Shown here piece after piece: positions 60,074 through 64,000 of a stretch of DNA of 64,000 bases. Source of the stretch: Strigamia acuminata (taxonomy: Eukaryota); the NCBI GenBank assembly GCA_949358305.1, contig OX442314.1:19344001-19408000 (forward strand), written 5' to 3'. Positions within the stretch are counted from its first letter, which is position 1, and each line of letters begins with the position of its first letter. The notes beneath the pieces were generated by a model. That model saw only the letters and a program-made list of their open reading frames with translations. It did no database searches and was not told the DNA's origin. Position numbers and translations under genes: made by a program.

Positions 60074-60745
60074 TTGACAACGTGAATTTGGGTCCACAAA
60101 GATGAAATGAGTCTCTGAAAATAATTACTACGGATTTCACTTGCACAATACACATTATGTTTGCAGTATGATGCCTGTTAACCCATCAAAAGCGTAAATT
60201 CTCTGCACCATTCTTCATCTAAAAAATTTAGTCGAATTAACTTTTTATTTTGTTGATATTTTACAAACAAATGTCGGAAAAATAAAACAGCTGGCAGGTA
60301 AAATTATCTTCATTTAAAATTCATTCAAAGTTCATTTAACAGCTGTGTGACTAGTCATGCACCTGTACACCAATGAAAACCAATTTAGATTTGAATTTGC
60401 AATCATTGAAAATTGATGTCCTCCATCGAGCACATTTTCTAGGCAAATGACTTTTGGTAGTGGCTATGTCCGATCATCACGTTTTTTTAATTTTTTTGTT
60501 TTGTTTTTAATTTTATTTTGAATAACGGGCAGTTTTAGGAATCTATAATTTAGCCATTCAACTTTTGTTTTTTAAATGTCTCTATTTCTCGAAATGTCAA
60601 ATGATTTTTAAATATCAAATGCCAAGACATTTCTGGCATTTTTACGCACTGATAAATGAAATTTACAGAAAGCTGATTATAATTTTTATGCTACACGGCT
60701 GAAAACAATTATAATTGAATTGAATTGCAAGTTCTTTCGCTAATC

Positions 60746-61216
60746 ATGAAACGTTGGACTATATTTCCTTTTCTTTGCTTATTTTGTCTCCGCATCAATT
60801 TTATACACGCTGACAGTTTTCTATTGGTTTTACCTGATGGCGAAGAAATTCGTGGTGATATCGTGGAATTAAATGACTTAGTGGACAAAAAATATAGCAG
60901 ATATTTCCAAGACCACTCGGTAATTAAGCTATTCAATTCCGGTCTATTTCGGTACTTTAATTTCTAAAATTTTATTTCTTAATCTTAGATTCAAAAACGA
61001 CTTCATAATGCTTACAAATTAATAGGAAAAGAAATACCTCAATTTCACGAACTGTTTTTTGAAAGTGAACGAACGGAGGAAGAAGAAAAGGAATTCGTCC
61101 AACTTCTCGAACAAACAGTTCGAAAATATTACAAACAAATTTTAACAGATGCGTTTGCTCTTGGCGGAATCAAATTTACTTTGATTGAAAGTTATGAAGA
61201 GACTGCTTACAAATGA
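60746..61216 (+). CDS. Orphan small secreted protein, 2 exons (60746-60919, 60989-61216), 133 aa
   Basis: Signal-peptide-like MKRWTIFPFLCLFCLRINFIHA-DS; 69-bp phase-0 GT-AG intron; exon 2 open for 75 codons to TGA; ATTAAA near 61260. Confidence 0.65.
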
Positions 61217-62287
61217 TTTTAGGCTATAAAGCCTAAATAATACTGTACTTGGCGCAAAGATTAAAAAATTATACAGTATCTAAAACTTAGTTTATTTAAT
61301 TTTTTACGTGTGTAATGCATTTTGGAAGTGATGTCATGAAATATTGAGCAGTGTGATAAAAAGTTCAACTTTTATCTGTCACTATATAATATTGGCTTTG
61401 AACTTCGGAAATGTAATCTAATTTTTTATTTTATAAATAATACAACGCAATGGGTGTGTTTAGCCCTCGCCACATTGGTTCCAACTTGCGCAAGTTTCGA
61501 TTATGGTTTCCGAATGACCAGTATTTTAAAGAAGATATTGAACTGCAACTCCAAAAGCAAAACAGCTGTTGCAGGGAAACCAAGCTGTCTGAACGCACAA
61601 GGAAACATTTGAAAAACGTAAAACCATTCAGGCATACATCATCCACTGAAATATCGAATAGAAATCCGTTAGAATTAATTCTATTAATATGCTCTTCTAA
61701 TTTTGTTCAAGATGATTTATTCAAACAAAATTCATTTCTAATTTTTATTTCAAATCACAGGTTAAAAATAATCTTTTTCTCACCTACTTTATTACACGTC
61801 TACATCTGCATATTGATTGTTATTCTCATTATCAGCTGATGAATCAGAGTTCATTGTGACGTAAAATAATGCAAAAAATCAAATTTTATTGCATTGTTTA
61901 ACCAGACGTGTTCTATACATTTTATTTCTATTTAGCCAATCAATCATTTTGTTTTATCGAGCTGTTCGCATGAGGTCACAACCAGGGAATACGTAATCTA
62001 AAAATCAGTTTAAAGTACGAAAATTATGTATGGTTAACACACACAAAGAACAAAGAACGCCCTGAAAAAAATTTCACAGAATATCCTCTTGAAAATGCTA
62101 CGGTATTAATTATTTTACTTTTCTTGGTGGAATGTTATACTTATCGCTTATCGGAATGAATCCTAAAATTTATTTTTTTATTTTTTTATTTTTTTATTGG
62201 TTTATTGGTTTGCACTCCAAAGGAGTAAATTGCACTAATCTTCAACTTCGTTAAATCTTGTGATTAACCGTGTGAAATATATTTCAG

Positions 62288-63412
62288 ATTCTTCTGTTTT
62301 TGGCCATCTCGACTGTGATTTTCATTTGCGTTGTAATTTATCGAATAATTTTTGCGGAATCGCACGTCTATACACGGTATACGTCTCGAACACCAATAGA
62401 AGAAAAAATGCAAAATCCAAAAGGTTATAAACCTGTTGTTATTATTCACGGATTACTCGATCCAAAATCCAATCTGAATCGTTTCACTGAGACAATTCGC
62501 GAAGTAAGTTCCTGAGTACATATTCCGAGGAGAAATTATAATTACTTAAATTTTTTTTTACTTTAAAAGGTACATCCAGGTACGGAGGTTGAATTTATAG
62601 ATTTGTATGCTGGAGTCAAAAGTTTTGCGCCACTTTGGGACCAAGTAGCAAAATTTCGAGAAGCAGTAGAATCAATTAGTGTCTTACACCCTAAAGGAAT
62701 TCATATGATAGCAATTTCTCAAGGTACATACACAACAAGTTATTCGTTCATTATTCAACATGTGTGATTACAGGTGCATTAATTGGCAGAGGAATTATAG
62801 AGTCCTCTCGCAGCCACAATATAAAAACATTTGTTTCCATCGTTGGGCCTCAGTTGGGACAATTTGGACGTATGTATAAAAAATTTCTTACCTGTTGAAT
62901 TTTTAAAAAATTATATTTAATTTCAGTGTCAGATGTGGATAAGTGGCCATTTTACGATTTACTCCGTCAAAATCTGTACAAGTAAGTACATCAAACTTAA
63001 TTGAATTAATCATCAGGATTCAGACAATTGAATTGCTTGCAAATTGGAAAATTACATTCATTTACATCTTGATAGGTTATTTTATTCGCCGATATGCGAT
63101 TGGTTCTCGGTTGCAGAACTATGGCGAGGTAAATATTCAGACAACTTTAATAAATCACTTATATTTCTCTAATTTTTTAATCTAGATCCTAGACGATTGG
63201 ATGTTTATAAAGAGAAAAATATATTTTTGCCAATCCTGAATAATGAAATTGAACACAGCCAGTCTGCTGGTATGCTGTGCTCCTTGGTGCTACAACTCCA
63301 ATACTATTAATTATTATTTTATTTATAGAATATAAAGAAAACTTTTTGAAATTAAGGAAAATGGTATTAATTGGAGGACCCGATGATGGAATTATCACAC
63401 CCTGGCAGTCTA
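62288..63412 (+). CDS. PPT2: Lysosomal thioesterase PPT2-like (palmitoyl-protein thioesterase family); start unresolved, 3' end beyond the last identified exon
   Basis: [90 protein letters not shown]. Confidence 0.88.
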
Positions 63413-63590
63413 GGTATAATCATAGATTATTGTCATAATTATTAGGACTCCAACTGGGATGAGAATCTACTGGGTCAAAATTCCCTAAACTCTTACCGTG
63501 TTGGACAACTTTACTGCAGAAATTTTTAATTATTATTTTTTATCTTTCACTTCAGCAAACTTTGTTTGGGATAATTAAGGATTTTAATTA

Positions 63591-63892
63591 GGCAGTGGCT
63601 ACGTTCATATCCGACATGAATGTATTATTTTAATGACGCGCTGTGATTGGTTGAGATGCTGTGATTGGTTGAGATCTATTGATGTCGGTTTGTTTCCTCA
63701 ACGCACTTTTTCTAAAACTATGTTTTCCAGGTTTTATCTTCTTTTTTTCCCTCCAAACACAACCTTATTCGTATTTAGCAACATAGACTGAATCGAGTAT
63801 TTTCATCAATGTATCTCAATACATCTCTCAACCAATCACAGCGTGTCGTGAAAATAATACGTTTATGTAGGACATGAACGTTGCCACTTCGC
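63591..63892. mobile_element. MITE in a PPT2 intron
   Basis: Inverted arms of about 70-90 bp (GCAGTGGCTACGTTCATATCCGACATGAATGTATTATTTTAATGACGCGCTGTGATTGGTTGAGA vs its near reverse complement ending GCCACTTC); flanked by direct repeat TTTAATTA at 63583-63590 and 63893-63900. Confidence 0.85.
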
Positions 63893-64000
63893 TTTAATTA
63901 GGAGATATAATAATTTCAAAAAAAAAATCTAAAATCTCAGGAGGAGGAAAGTTACTGTGCAATTAAAGGGATTTAATTATGGCTTGGTATGGTGTTCCAA

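Noticed and set aside
61431..61839. Overlapping ORFs on both strands upstream of PPT2
   Set aside because: No recognisable homology or consistent splice structure.
1..64000. CRISPR arrays, rRNA or tRNA genes, prokaryotic systems
   Set aside because: No repeat-spacer arrays or RNA gene signatures; the tRNA-like matches are only PBS sequences, and the gene structures are spliceosomal.

Overview
AT-rich eukaryotic genomic DNA with many 55-70 bp GT-AG introns, probably an arthropod (a myriapod or chelicerate is plausible; this is inference). Host genes, left to right: the last exon of SLC35F6; a tandem array of neprilysin (M13) genes (one copy with an intact HExxH zinc site, three near-identical copies and one divergent copy without it, plus a 5' fragment); a minus-strand array of SERHL/kraken-like alpha/beta hydrolases (two with an intact nucleophile motif, one Ser-to-Gly pseudoenzyme, one pseudogene); a two-exon orphan secreted protein; and the 5' part of a PPT2-like thioesterase. 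Five different, full-length, very young Ty1/copia LTR retrotransposons (A-E) occupy about 26 kb. All have LTR pairs identical by eye, 5-bp target site duplications (TSDs), a tRNA-iMet primer binding site (PBS) and a polypurine tract (PPT). The most notable is element B (15691-22606). It encodes a methyl-CpG-binding domain (MBD) between integrase and RT, has non-canonical TA...CA LTR ends, and is inserted in a CpG-dense site inside element A. Three of its neighbours carry AT-hook-like motifs at the same polyprotein position and sit in AT-rich host DNA. No rRNA, tRNA or CRISPR was seen. All comparisons were made by eye, without alignment software.
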